NCBI GenBank assembly: GCA_951406725.2
Contig: OX597821.1
Location: 45,632,001 to 45,696,000, forward strand
Length of the DNA: 64,000 nt
Source of the DNA: Octopus vulgaris
Taxonomy: Eukaryota
Direction of reading: 5' to 3'
Of the stretch, positions 24,706-40,762 are shown piece by piece. A program made the position numbers and the translations under genes. Every line of letters begins with the position of its first letter. The first letter of the stretch is position 1. Under the pieces are notes generated by a model that had not been told where the DNA came from, searched no databases, and saw nothing but the letters and a program-made list of their open reading frames with translations.

Positions 24706-25590
24706 GAACGTAAGCATTCATTTTAGAAATATATTATTTATTCTATATTTTTTTTTCTTATTGCTTAAGCGTTACTCCTTTACTTTCTTACTTATTGACA
24801 TGAAATTTCGTAACATTTTACCTCATAACTCTTTTTCTACTAATTTCTGTTCAATGCGACTTGTGATTCTGAATTCCTCGTGATTTTTTCTATCATTTAA
24901 GCCTAAGAAAGGTATACTTCTAATTTAAATTTTAAAAATTTATGCTAATTGAAGATGAATATCTGCCTAACTGACACCCCACCCTTGAGGTCGCAGATAT
25001 TTTGATGTAATTTTTTCTACTGAACCAAATTTCAAACTATTTATGCCAAAGTGTAGCTGAGGAGGCGTCCTCTTTAAAACTATTTACAGTTTTCAGTTTA
25101 GTTGAGAACTGAATTAGTGGTGAAACTTGGAAGCTGCTGCGATTGACGAAATGGTGGTCTTAAGAATATATTCAACCACGGTAGTGGTTGAATGATAATA
25201 GGATATTAAACGTTAGTTCCGGTTCTGAGGTTAGTCTCGTGAAACCATGTTCGCAAATCGGTTTCGACTCGATGGACTTCACTGCCGCTTGAAAATAGTG
25301 AATATCTATCCGTTTTTAATTCTCCCATAGATATTCAACTTCATGCTCACTACTGGCATTGGACTGTGTCGCTGGGAAAGCCACTATTTTTTTAAAGTGA
25401 AAAAATTAGTAAAACAAGTAATTTATCCTCTGACGTCTTTCATCAGCGAACGATATTCACACTGTGTTTCCGGGTTTGAAATTGTTGCAATGTATTATAA
25501 GGCACTAGCGTTTTAGAAAAAATAAATTTTATGGATAACTTTATTCTGCTAAACTTTATTTTTGTATTCAACTTGCGATGAACGTAAACA

Positions 25591-26152
25591 AACAAAGTTT
25601 GCTTTAGAAGCGTTGAGATGTATTGAAAGATACAGAATAATTTATTCTCAAACGCATGATAATGCTAATACAATAGTATGAACAGGATAAACTATCCATA
25701 TATTGCAGAAAAAAAAGACGTTACCAGCAAGTCATGAGACTCGAACTAACAACCGTGAGATTACGCGTCAAGTGCTTTACCTTTAAGCTAAACTGCCCAG
25801 TAACGAATTGCTTTGTAATTTCAGGATTTATAAATCTAGCTTTATAAAGTATGCATTTTAAGAATAAATTATTTCTGTATCTTTCAATACATCTCAACGC
25901 TTCTAAAGTAAACTTTGTTAGTTGAATTTAACGTTAGCGTCTTATAAAGCTAGATTTATAAATCCTAAAATTGCAGGACAATTCATTACTGGGCAGTTTA
26001 GGTTAATCACGTGTAATCACAGGGATGTGAATTCGAGTCTCATGTCTGGCCTGTAACGATTTATTTCTGCAATGTATAAAGATAGTTTATCCTGTTCATG
26101 CATTTGAATTAGCATTATCATGCGTTTGAGAATAGATTATTTCTGTATCTTT
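25591..26152. mobile_element. Complex foldback element with two divergent tRNA-like heads
   Basis: 25626-25847 is inverted at 25942-26152, and 25591-25648 is inverted at 25861-25919. tRNA-like sequence at about 25797-25726 (-) and 25991-26050 (+). Confidence 0.8.
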
Positions 26153-26884
26153 ATTTTTATAGTTTTAATTCTAAAACGAATCAAAATGAAGGGGTTAATG
26201 TAAATAAATTATCATTCTTAATTACTAAAATGCAGTTAGAAACTGTAGATGTAGCAGACAAATAGCAAACATTGTTCTACTTAATTATTTAAGTAAATTT
26301 TGCACACATGAAATGCTTCATCAGATAGCAGGAATTCATCTTTGCAATTATAAAACGTTCTTTAAGCTGTCGCTTATAGAGAATATGATTTTAAAGATCA
26401 GTGATATTTTTAAAAAATCATGTAAATGGATTTGTTTGCATTTTCTTATAATTGATGGCAATATACAAAATAAATTGAAATATTCACTTCAGCCTTTCTT
26501 TGAGCCAATATAGCTACGGCCAAGGATCAGAAACTGATATGTTTGCATGAGTCTATGAGTATATATGTATATGGTGGTGGACGATGACGACGACTATGAT
26601 GGCGACAATGAAAATTATGATAAAAAAGGATGAGGAGTGCAACTAAGCTTATATGCCATTGAAAGTAGTTTTAGATTGGTATATAGGTATATAGATTACA
26701 GTGCAAGGTGTTGAAAAATTAATAATATCCAGAGCTAATGAGAAAAGTGAACTTTTACAGAGTTGAAGTTGCATCTTGTTTTCTTAATAGTTAGTAATAT
26801 GTATATAATTTCCTGTGATATGCTAACTGGAGTTGCATGAAGTTTAAAGCAATTTCTGGTTGAATTCAGTTAAGAAGCGCTTGT

Positions 26885-28770
26885 GGATTCGTTACGGATG
26901 GATAGTTCCCCACTGCTGATTCCTGACCCAAGTATTTAATGCATACATCAGCTTTGAGTTTTGCAATTCAATAAAGTTCATTAAATATATTTCTGAAAAT
27001 TTGTCATCGTAAGATCTGACATTACAATGATTGTTCAGACAAAGCAAAACAGTCACGATGAATAAGCCTGATTCCAACAGGGATACTGCATCGGCAGCAA
27101 TAAGATTTTCTAGTGATTTTTGACTTCCCAATTCAGGAAATTACTGCAGCATTCAAGAACTTCTTGCAAACTTTTGAACATAGCTAATAAATTTATTCTA
27201 CCCCAAACTACACAAAACACAATATTTTCACTTCAACAACGTGAGAACTGGAACAGAAAAAATGCCTCAATCACAGTCTGCTCCACCTAACCGCCTGACA
27301 CTGAGTGTACCGCATTTGGTGAGAGTCCTACTTCAACATGCAAAAAGAAAAGAAAAGAAAAGAAAAAAAATCATCAAGGTGATGGTACTTATTTTTAGTA
27401 TCTGGAACATACTTAACACACAACTTACTTTACTGCACAACATCATTTTTTTTTTCTGCCTTTAACCCTCCAACGCAGAGTATAGGTCACATATAATTGA
27501 ATTCCATGTCGCATAATTTTTCGCTTCTGTACTTATACTCTGCCATAAATGTCCCCTTTTCTCTAGTTCCTTTTGTGTTGATCTACGCCAGGAGTTCTTA
27601 GGCCTACCTTTCTTTTTATGCCCATCCGGATTCCACTGTAAAGCACTTTTCGCTACATTTGGTGTGTCTTTTCTAATTGTGCTACCAATCCACTTCCACA
27701 TTTTCTTAAATATTTGCTCCCTAATCGAAACTTGATTTGTTCTTTGCCATAACTCCATATTGCTTATGTGTTCGGGTCATCTAATTTTAAGTATACTACG
27801 CAAGCATCTGTTGATGAATGATTGTATTTGCTTATTTGACTTAACTGTTGTTCGCCATGTCTCAGCCCCATATCATACAAACCAGAAAGAACTGCACTGG
27901 TTGCAGAACCTGGTTTGCTAAAAGTGAAACGTAGTTCAAAGAACAAAACGTCTAGAAACTTTTTCAAGCTTTGCCAGTATGACCCCTTTGTAAAACGTTG
28001 CTATACCAATAGGTTCAATCTATGCGCGAAATAAAATCAATGGAGATGAAGAAAGTAAGGTGCATTTCTCGAAAACCAACCTGATATAAAATTTGACTGG
28101 GTCACTGAAGGAGAGTATGTTGTACACACTTGGCAGTGTCACCGAAAAAGAATATATTGTACACAATAGTTAATTCCTATCTATAAAGTGCAACATCATG
28201 TTCAAGATCTTCGAAAATTAAGCGGTAAAGTTTCCGCTACTCATACAGAAGCATGAATATACTTGGTCTGCTGGAGAATGATGCCCGAAGGGATACAATA
28301 TAGTCAGGTGCTTCTGTATTTGAAATAGCTAAGACTCTTGAGATTATTTTCACCATACTTGAAGTTTATCAGCACACAAACTTCAGCTAAAACAAGAGAG
28401 CCTTAATAATGCTACTGCATAATTTATATCAATAACAAGACAAATGGTTGGGAAGATTATGCCACGTGTCATCCACGCTGATATTCTCACTTGGTGTACC
28501 AAAGACAAGAATCAAGATTTCCACTCATGCAAGCAAATATGCCTTCTCGATTTAAGAGACTTCAGGTTCCAGAACACCTCAGCATATCAATCAATAAATC
28601 ACAAGGGTAAATATTGACAGCTGCTTGACTATGCCATGAGGAATATTGCTTTGCTAACTGTCAATTTTATGCAGGATACTCAAATGTTGCATCCTGTCCC
28701 GTAATCTCCATATTTATTATTTATGCCTCTGATGGTGAAACCAAAAACACTGAATTAATCTGAGGTACTG
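26885..28770 (+). mobile_element. Decayed autonomous Helitron (Rep plus Pif1-like helicase)
   Basis: WIVPHC*FLTQVFNAYISFEFCNSIKFIKYI (Rep). HKLQLK...IMLLHNL, MPSRFKRLQVP...SINKSQG, EEYCFANCQFY and YASDGETKN (helicase). Many stops and frameshifts. Confidence 0.85.
27446..27872 (-). mobile_element. 5'-truncated RTE LINE nested in the Helitron
   Basis: YGAETWRTT...FINRCLRSILKIR*PEHISNMELWQRTNQ...WKWIG...ALQWNPDGHKKKGRPKNSWRR, with an A tail at 27446-27455. Confidence 0.92.
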
Positions 28771-29013
28771 ATATGACAGTGATGGCTATGGTACGTATAT
28801 AAGCTGGGGGCTAATCATGATCTCAACATCATTTTTTTAGCATTGCATGTATTGCAGTTCCAATATTTGAATGCAAGATTTCTTTTAATACACGTTATAA
28901 GAAAGATTTTATTTTCATTAGTGGTTATCTCCTGACACTATTTAACACTTTTATACATACAATATATATCTGTGTGTCTATGTATAATCTATCTATCTAT
29001 CTCACTCTCTCTC

Positions 29014-29051
<38 letters not shown>

Positions 29052-29098
<47 letters not shown>

Positions 29099-29851
29099 TC
29101 TGAAATGCGAAAAGTTTGTTTGTTTGTCTGGTTTTGGCATTGAGAACGGGTTAAAGGCCACTAGATCCCGTCGCATTCACTCCAAAATTTACAGGCACAT
29201 GTAAAATGAGGTGAGGATGTGAGTGGGCTAGGTTAGAAATCCTCATCTTAAAAGGTGTCATTGCTAGGGCCAAAAACGTACACTTACACAAGTCTACTCT
29301 CATTCTTTTATGTGTCTGTCTTTCTCCATCTCTCACTCTCTTTCCTCCCTTCCTTTCACTTTCTATCTATAACGACGTTTCACAGCGTCTACCTCCCTTC
29401 CTTTCACTTTCTATTTATAACGTCATTTCATAGCGTCCTATATCTCCCCCATCCCCGCCTTTGACAGCGCTTTCATACACACTCTCTCTCTCTCTCTACA
29501 TCTGTCTGCATTCATAGAGAGAATTATCATCGCCACCACCACCACCACAATCATGAGAACAAATATTATGAATCAGATATTTATTGGGTTAATTTATGTG
29601 TGTGTGTGTGTTCTATATATAAATATGTATATATAATGTATATATACAAAGTGTATATATCTGTATTTATGTATATTAAACTTTAAAAAAAAAATTTATA
29701 TAAATTAATAATTCTAATTTTAAATTTAAATAATTTTTAAATTTTTAAATTTTATATTTTATATATTTTGTATATTATATTTTTATTTTTATGTTTTGGT
29801 TTATGTTTTTCACTGTTTGATTTGCCTAATAGTGGTTTTATCTCTAATTTA

Positions 29852-29900
<49 letters not shown>

Positions 29901-29922
29901 GTATACATTTGTATATATAATG

Positions 29923-29974
<52 letters not shown>

Positions 29975-29979
29975 ATGCG

Positions 29980-30031
<52 letters not shown>

Positions 30032-30898
30032 CATTATGTGGTCGGTTGTGCTGAAAATATGCACACCTATGTTAAAAGTGCTGGCGAGTTTGCATGACAA
30101 CTATTTTTTCCTCAAATGAAAGGCGTGACCTCTAGGACAAAATTCCTCATCTTATAAAATGTGGCCAGAGTAAACCAGAATGAGATCAGGTTATATTAAC
30201 CAAAATGTGAAAAGAAGTCTAAATGGGGCTGGAAGGGGATTAAAATTTACAGGAGCAGGAGTTTAGGAATTCTGTTACATCAAGCTAAAAAATTTGCGCC
30301 AGCCTTTAAATCGTCAATGTGTTGCCGTCCATGATGAAGTTTTGAATGCTTGCCATGGTGAGTCTACTGTCGTGAGAAAGAATCACTTCCAAACTTGGTG
30401 TTTAGGAATTTTCTTTTACATCAAGTTCAAAATTTTATGCCAGCTGTTAAACTGCCACTACGTTGCTGTCCGTCGTTAAGAAATGCCAGCCATAGTGACT
30501 CTACTATCCTCAGATTCTATCCCTTCAAACTTTGGTTTCCAATATTTAAAAAATTTTTATTCAGCTCGCAAGTTCGTCTGTCCCTTTTAAATGTTAGTGT
30601 TTTGCTGTCTGCCTTGAAGCAGACCTTTCCGTTATCACTGCCTGATATTTATGATTGATCTTTCAAAATATTTTTTCTTTTTCAACTTACTCAAGATGTT
30701 TTGTTGTTTATAAATGGGAGAGAGATAGATAGAGAAAGATAGAGAGTAAGAGAAAGCGAGGGAGAGTCCGAGAGAAATGAAGAGTAAGAGAATGGAAAAG
30801 TGAGAGAGAAAGGAGAGAGAAAATGATAATAAAAAACAGAAAGGAAGAAAGTAACAACCACACCCTTACCCGTGCGTAGAGCGGGTCATCTTAAGCTA

Positions 30899-30899
<1 letters not shown>
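29052..30899 (+). mobile_element. Non-autonomous Helitron
   Basis: 5' tc(ta)n...aaatgcgaaaagtttgtttgtttgtctg. 3' hairpin cccgtgcgtagagcggg (30869-30885), then CTAG|t. Confidence 0.75.
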
Positions 30900-30967
<68 letters not shown>

Positions 30968-31757
30968 AGCACTACACAGCCGTCAGATGAGTAAATTATG
31001 AGCGTGTGTGTTTATTAAACACATATTTAACATTGCTGTGCAAAGTAAACCTCGTGGTTCAACTATAGCCAGATCTTAATAGTCCAACGTGTATTGAACT
31101 CGCATCATATATTGATATTACGTATCACATTTATATCAACTTAGAAAATAATACCTATGTTCTTTTATTTTATTTTTTAAATAGCATTCACAAACTCGAG
31201 CTTATCAAGATTGCTCGGCCTAATCTACGTTGGCAATGTGAATGAATTAATAGAATTAGTAAAATGAAGTAAACTTACAAGCCGAAAATGTTAATACACA
31301 TCTTAATACCACTCTGAAAAAAATCGACGCTTAAGATTTTGTCTCTTTTTGGCCAGAGATCAATAAGGTCTATATTTAACAGGTAACACCTTCTCGGATA
31401 GCAGTTACTCCTTCATCTCTATATAGGGAATAATAACTAATAGCTAATATGGATAAGTTTGTGTATACTATATATTGCTCTAAATTATTATTCCCTTTCT
31501 GCACAGGAATGAATGACCAATGTATGACATGTCGTTAAAAATGTTAAAGCTAGTTGGATCGTTCTCTTTTTTTGACATCAGAGAAAAATGTGTGGTTTCA
31601 ATATGGTGTCTAAAATTTAAGAGTGAGGCTAAACAGTTTAGAAACGTAAATCTGCATTAAATTTCTACAAACTGATGTGTGTGTGTATGCGTGCGTGTAT
31701 GTGAGTACCGAGAGAGAGGGAGAGCGAAAGAGAGATATGTGTATGATTAAGTATATA

Positions 31758-32130
31758 TCTCTCTCTATATAAACGGCAGTTTGTCTGTGTGTGTTTCTGT
31801 GTGTCTGTTAGGTTGTACCCTCACCCTGACCACGGCTTTCAACCGATTCTGATGAAACTTGACACACACATAGCCCAATGTCATAATTCAAAACTAACGC
31901 AGCGAAAATTTTGAAAAGTTCCCCCAGTTCTGAAAAAAAATCGATAAATTCGACATGGGGTCGAGAATCAGAAACACAAACCACAGACTGTCTAGGGGAT
32001 GCAACTCGACCTTTTTAACTAAAAAAAAAATTTGCCATCACTTTTTTTCCATTTTTTGGCTATAACACTCTAAAAATGCTTTATAGTTATTTCCCTTACA
32101 AACCCGAGCAACGCCGGGCGATACTGCTAG
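31758..32130 (+). mobile_element. Non-autonomous Helitron, 373 bp
   Basis: a|TC start with gtttgtctgtg tract. 3' hairpin cccgagcaacgccggg, then CTAG|t (A/T target). Confidence 0.88.
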
Positions 32131-32414
32131 TATATAAATAAATGTCTTATATAAAAGAAGTTTCTCGTCGCTCGTAAGCTAGTATGACTTGGTAGCTTAT
32201 CCGCGTTTTTGACAATTGCTTTAGGTGACTATTTAATCATGAACAGACTATATATATATATATAGATATATATATATATGATTGTATGTATATGCAGTCT
32301 GCTCACGACTATATATATATGTATGTATATATGTATTCTTTAACTCTCGTACTGATTTCAGCCAGAGTCTGGGGCCATGCTGGAGCACCACCTTTCAGTG
32401 TTTTGGGTCTCCTT

Positions 32415-32645
32415 TCTGTACCGCTTTTGGTGAAGAAGCGAGTTGGACGAAGTTGCTATTCTTTGTGTCTCCTGCCGCGATGTGGGCTCATCTGGGATTT
32501 CAGATAGAAATTTCTCCAGATGCTTTTTGAACGTTTCCACATTACATCTATACCGAGATGGTCTCATAGGTTCCTTGGTAGTGTGTTAAACAGTTGTGGT
32601 CCCCTGAAACTCGTGCTGTTGCAATATTGGGTCGTTATCGGAGAT
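32415..32645 (-). mobile_element. CR1-group LINE 3' end
   Basis: SFRGPQLFNTLPRNL...ETFKKHLEKFLSEIPDEP...SNSLLHQ. Confidence 0.8.
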
Positions 32646-33361
32646 GCATATACATACATACATACATACATACATACATACATACATACATACATGCATA
32701 CATACATACATACATACATACATACTGAGTATACCAAGTATGTTCAGAACGACAACTTAAAAGAAAGGGCAAATATCAAATTTAACAAAGACGTGTTTGG
32801 TGACTACAATAATTGACATGGTCAATCAGTAACGATATAATGATGAACAATTACAGAAAAGTAAGATCATGTTGAAAACGAAATACGGATAAACAAACAA
32901 TAACAAAGCGATCAAAAAGGAAAAAATAACAAAAACGGAGGAAAAGCGAATTTGCATTGGACACGATGAGTATTGGATAGAATGACTTAAGATATTAAAC
33001 CTGCCAGTGAAAATAGTAATCATAGACAAAGGGGGTTACAAGCAGTCGTAAAATACTGAAAGTAAATTTTCCTTAAAAAAATGAAAGTATATTGCGATAG
33101 TAAAAGGAAGTGACGACTGTTATACCATAATTTCACGTAACACGTTTGATATCCGATGGGTAGGCTCCCTATGTGGATCTCAGCAGCTTCTATACTTATA
33201 AGCTGTCAACCATCACCAAATTTTATTCATTCAAACGATGACAGCATCCATACACAGACTATAGCGGGGTGATGGAAGTAAATTAGGCAACAATGCAGGA
33301 CTTATGATGATTTATTTACATCATATCTTCAAAAATGTATGTGTTGCGAAACACATACATA

Positions 33362-34875
<1,514 letters not shown>

Positions 34876-35134
34876 CCCTTCAATTAACACCACTAACCCC
34901 TATACATTTCTTACACCATTCACATTACAATTCTATATCTAAACTAACCGCACAAAATCCAGAACTACTTACCTCCCTGACAAATAATCTTTTTACTCAG
35001 GAACTATTAGATCTGACACCGTTCATTAGCCGGTGTCCATTCAAAGCAACGAATAGCTTTTGACAAAACCATCGTATGCTTTCTGACTCTTTAATCATCT
35101 CATAATAACGATAAATTTCGTCTCCGTAACTTAC

Positions 35135-35748
35135 CGTAACTCGGCAAAAACAAAAACGATAAAATAAGTACTAGGCTTACAAAGAATAAGTCCTGGGGTC
35201 CATTTGCTCGACTAAAGGCGGTACTCCAGCATGGCCGTAGTCAAATGACTGAAACAAGCAAAAGAGTATATATATATGACTTAGACTGGTTTCGGCCATT
35301 ATCGGCCCAGGGCATGACTCAATCAGTAATATATATATATATACATATATGACGGGGTTCTAACAGTTACCGCGTACGAAATCCACTCACAAGACTTTGG
35401 TCGGATCGAGGCTAGAATAGAAGACATTTATCCAAGGTGCCAAGCAGTGGGACTGAACCCGGAACCATGTGGTTGGGAAGCAAGCTTCTTTCCACTCATC
35501 CACGCCTGCGTATATATATTTGTATGTATGAATACATGCATACAAATACATACACATACACGCACACACATATACATATGCGTGGCAGTGTAGTACGAAG
35601 CTTGCTTCCCAAGAACCACATGGCTCCTTGAGCAAGTGTCTTCTGCCAAACACCTGGGCCGACGAAAGCCTTTTGAGTGGATTTGGTAGAAAGAAACTGA
35701 AACTACTTCCTACACGCACACACACATATATGTATGTATGTATGCATG

Positions 35749-35792
<44 letters not shown>

Positions 35793-35900
35793 CATACATA
35801 TGTGTGTATGTGTATTTGTGTACCTTTGTCCCCCACCTGTGTTTCGCGTGCTTACGTCCTCGTAACATAGCAGTTCGGCAAAAGACCGATACACTTACTA
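35135..35900. mobile_element. Cluster of SINE family C pieces in both orientations
   Basis: 3' piece 35135-35267 (+), head 35350-35510 (-), copy 35580-35900 (+). Confidence 0.8.
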
Positions 35901-35949
35901 ATTCTCGTTCTCTCGAAAGTTTATAAAATTCTTATGCCATATACACACG

Positions 35950-36005
<56 letters not shown>

Positions 36006-36091
36006 CACACATACACACACACATACCAAACACGCACACGCACACACACATACCAAACACGCACACGCACACACACATACACACATATTCG

Positions 36092-36467
36092 TGGCACTCC
36101 ATCGGTTACGGCGACGAGGTTTCCAGGTGATCCGATCAATGGAACAGCCTGCTGGTGAAATTAATGTGCAATTAGCTGAACGCTCCACAGACACGTGTAC
36201 TCTTAACGTAGTTCTCGGGGAGATTCAGTGTGACACAGAGTGTGACAAGGCTGGCCCTTTGAAATACAGGTACAGCAGAAACAGGAAGAAAGTGAGAGAA
36301 AGTTGTGGTGTAAGGGTACAGCAGGGCTCGCCACCACACCCTACCGGAGCCTCGTGGAGCTTAGGTGTTTTCACTCAATAAACACTCACAACGCCCGGTC
36401 TGGGAATCGAAACCGCGATCCTACGACCGCAAGTTCGCTGCCCTAACCACTGGGCCATTGCGCCTCC
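36092..36467 (-). mobile_element. Full-length tRNA-derived SINE family B
   Basis: Head GGAGGCGCAATGGCCCAGTGGTTAGGGCAGCG...GGTTTCGATTCCC contains A and B boxes. Confidence 0.9.
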
Positions 36468-36623
36468 ACACACACACACACACATAAACAACAGATGAGA
36501 TCGAGAAAATCATAATACAGAAAAAATGATTTGAACTTACACCCCGATATCTTTGCCAAGAAACAAGTCAGCAAGGAACAAGTGGATATAAAGGGAAACC
36601 AAGTGAGCAGATATGGGGACAAC

Positions 36624-36735
36624 GATTCAAATAAACAGATAAGAATCTTGGGTTTTAATGTGCAAAATATATATACAGACATGTATATATACTTTGCACA
36701 TTAAAACCTAAGGTTTTTATCTTTTCATTTGAATC
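36624..36735. repeat. Hairpin, 54 bp arms, 4 nt loop
   Basis: gattcaaat...tatataca-gaca-tgtatata...atttgaatc, gap-free with 6 mismatches. Confidence 0.9.
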
Positions 36736-36967
36736 ATTCTATTTGAATATATATATATATATTTGAATATATATATTTTTATTCGCTTACTCGGCAACCC
36801 TGCTCGCCATCCGTGAAATATAAAAGGATCCCCTTTTTTTTTTCGCAGTTTATCGTACTTCGATACGAAAAAATCCAAAACCTTCCGTCTCAATAAAGCA
36901 CTATTGTCCCTGAAAGTTGTATTTTATATTAACTTCAGTTTGCTTGAAGCTAACTTTCTTCCTACAC

Positions 36968-37029
<62 letters not shown>

Positions 37030-37454
37030 GTGTGTGTGTACACACACACACACACACATTTTCCTCTTTCTCCTTGTGTGCGACTTTAGTTATCAGATTC
37101 AGTTACATGCAGCGGTGAGCCATTTACTGTAAAACGATGTAGAGCAGTCTTTGTTTGTGTGTTCGTTTGTGAATAGGATCGGGAAGAAATGAAATAGATT
37201 GTTGACTCAGAATAAATTTGGGCTGTCTCAAATGTATTACATTATCTCATAAATTATATCGGCTAATTTTCATTTAAATATTTTATAATATCAAATCATC
37301 AGTAGAACATCCGAATAATTAACTTTATAGTTAACAAATTAAACTAAAACTCACCAACACAGAAGTCTCTTAGCTTAATAAGTTCAGAACGTTCAACCGC
37401 AATTTGAAAGGTACTGGGTTCGATGCTCTGCAGGGGCTTGCTAGCCACTTTGTA

Positions 37455-37830
37455 GGTGCAGGCGTGACTATGTGGTAAGAAGCTTGCTTCCCAAACACAT
37501 GGTTCCATGTTCAGTCCCAGTTCGTGGCACCTTGAGCAAGTGTCTTTTATTAAAGCCTTGGGGCCGACCAAAGCCTTGTGAATGGATTTAGTAGACGGAA
37601 ACTAAAAGAAGCTCCTCGTATATATATATATTCTTTTTGCTTGTTTTGGTCATTTCACTGCGGTCGCACTAGACCACCTCTTTGAAGGGTTTTAGTTGAA
37701 AAAGGACTTATTCTTAGCAAGCCTAGTACTTATTGTATCGGTATCTTTTGCTGAAACGTTAGATAACGGGCACAGAAACACATCAGCATCTGTTGTCAAG
37801 CGATGGCGTGGGGGGGGGACAAGTTAACAC
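37455..37830. mobile_element. SINE family C head (+) and tail (-)
   Basis: gtggtaagaagcttgcttccc...ccttgagcaagtgtc, followed by a minus-strand tail piece. Confidence 0.8.
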
Positions 37831-38020
37831 ACACACGCACACACGCTTCGCACACACACATACACACACACACGCACACATACACACATACTCCCACACA
37901 CACATGCACACACACAAATACATACTTACATACATTATATATATACATATACATATACATACATAGATATATAGTGACATCCTGTAGCCATATGTACATA
38001 TGTTTATGTATATGTACATT

Positions 38021-38065
<45 letters not shown>

Positions 38066-38256
38066 AAGTAGATAAATGGTACAACAAGGCACCAATATTT
38101 ACTGGAAAATAGCAATCGTAATAAATACGACGCTATTGTATAGCTTCACTGCGTATATACTAGCAAAGACGCGTGTGTGCAACAAACATGAAAAAAATTT
38201 GTCTTACCTCTAGGAAGAACATCTCATAAATGGACAACCTAGGATTTATATATATA

Positions 38257-38302
<46 letters not shown>

Positions 38303-38394
38303 TTACCGACCAGGCTATCAGATGTTGCTACACATCGCTGGTCACAATGTGCTTCGCCTTGTTTTAGCCTTGAAATGACGCCACCCCGCTCGCT

Positions 38395-38744
<350 letters not shown>

Positions 38745-39160
38745 GTCAGGTCACTTTCGAGTGCTACTGGTAACATGTAACCCAGCACGACCTGTTGCAT
38801 AGAAGGGCCGTCGGCGGCTAAACCGGCAACCCCACCGAGGGTGATTATTGGACACCCTGCGGGATGAAAAACAAATCTCGTCAAAGGGCGGAGGAACTCT
38901 TGAGAGTCAACGGTCATCCGATAAATGTGTATCATGCGCGGGGACATAGAAATAATCGGACTGAATACCCGATCGCGCGGTTAAACCATTGGGAGTGAAG
39001 GACTCCTAGCCTTTGTTAGGGCATCCTTCTAGGACAAGGTAACTCAGGTAACTGGGATAACTCCGACATAAAACTTGCGGCTCAGTGGTTACCGATGATG
39101 TTGACTTGTTTTTCTTTTCGGATTATGGCTGTTGTTGCTTAGTGAGTGGGATTTCCTCAC
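38745..39160 (+). mobile_element. Family E structured repeat (probable RTE 5' UTR)
   Basis: Homologous to 16820-17022 (-). GC-richer than the flanks and begins at the end of the TA tract. Confidence 0.6.
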
Positions 39161-39355
39161 TTTCAAAAAAAAAATTCTTCTTGCACAGGCATTGCACGAT
39201 AACAACATTGTTCATGATTGTTGATGGTGCTGTGAGTCTCAACTGAATGGCTGGCTGTAGCCTTAAAAAGCAAATAAAAGTCCCATTCGATCACACCACC
39301 AATAACAGTTAAGATTCGTGCAATGGGCATACTCGATAACGAGGGGGCAGCCATC

Positions 39356-39397
<42 letters not shown>

Positions 39398-39453
39398 TAT
39401 ATACTACTTGTTACTACCCTTAATACACACACACACAGACACACACACAAACT

Positions 39454-39516
<63 letters not shown>

Positions 39517-39638
39517 ATAAATAAATATATATATATATGCATATATATTATTTATATATATATATATATATTATATATATATATAATATATATATTATAT
39601 ATATATATATGTGTGTGTGTATGTATGTATTAATTAAG

Positions 39639-39781
39639 TAATTAAGGGTATTAACAAGTAAGTAGTACCGGCATTCTAAATATCGCAGTCAAAATGACCA
39701 AACTACAAATTTTCACTTAAACACATTTTGACTGTTATATTTAGCATGTCGGTACTACTTTACTACTAATACCTTCAATTA
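39639..39781. repeat. Hairpin, arms about 58 bp
   Basis: taattaagggtatt...gcagtcaaaatg pairs with cattttgactg...aataccttcaatta. Confidence 0.85.
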
Positions 39782-39974
39782 TTAATCAAAATTTTTTTTA
39801 CCGCTGTGGGTTTTTTACTGATTTTATTACAAACAATAGTATCCTCATATACATTGTATATACATACATGTATATGCGTGTGTGTATAATGTATGTGAAG
39901 ATAGTATTGTTTGTAATAATATCAGTGGCTTAGCATATTTAATAAAGCCATAACGGTAAAAAGTTATTAAAATG

Positions 39975-40170
39975 CAATCACATGTGAATCGTTGGCGAAT
40001 TTTTTCCTCCGTTTTCCTTTTTTCTGGGACTTTCCTCTGTCTCCTGTTTCTGAAGAAGAGCTTTACACGCAACGTAAAACCACCTTTCTTTCCTTCCCTG
40101 AGCATCTGCTAGTACTTTGGACGTGCCACGTCCACGCTATGTTGTTTTTTTCTTTTTGTGTTTGTTCTTC
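39975..40170 (+). mobile_element. Third copy of the hammerhead-bearing repeat
   Basis: GUUU-CUGAAGA-A-GAGC-uuu-acac-gcaa-CGUA-AAAC at 40046-40080 (stem II and GAAA mutated). Confidence 0.7.
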
Positions 40171-40199
40171 ATATTTTTTTAAAATTTACTATATATATA

Positions 40200-40235
<36 letters not shown>

Positions 40236-40609
40236 AGTTTGTAAGTAGCTTGCTAACCAACCACATGGTTCCGGGTTCAGTGAGTGGATTTGGTAGACGG
40301 AATTTGGTAGAACTGCCTTGTGAGTGGATTTGGTAGACGGAAACTGAAAGAAGCCTGTCGTATATATGTATATATATGTATGTATGTGTGTGTGTGTGTT
40401 TGTGTGTCTGTGTTTGTCCCCCTAGCATTGCTTGACAACCGATGCTGGTGTGTTTACGTCCACGTCACTTAGCGGTTCGTCAAAAGAGATCGATAGAATA
40501 AGTATTGGGCTTACAAAGAATAACAACCGGGGTCGAGTTGCTCGACTAAAGGTGGTGCTCCAGCATGGTCGCAGTCAAATGACTGAAACAAGTAAAAAGA
40601 AAAAAAAAA

Positions 40610-40675
<66 letters not shown>

Positions 40676-40698
40676 GTGTGTGTATATATATGTATATA

Positions 40699-40762
<64 letters not shown>

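Noticed and set aside
25331-25520. Acceptor ctcccatag| followed by a short open frame
   Set aside because: No convincing donor or recognisable peptide.
25726-25797. Functional tRNA-Thr(CGT) gene
   Set aside because: Acceptor and anticodon stems pair poorly and it sits inside a foldback repeat. SINE heads elsewhere were rejected as tRNAs for similar reasons.
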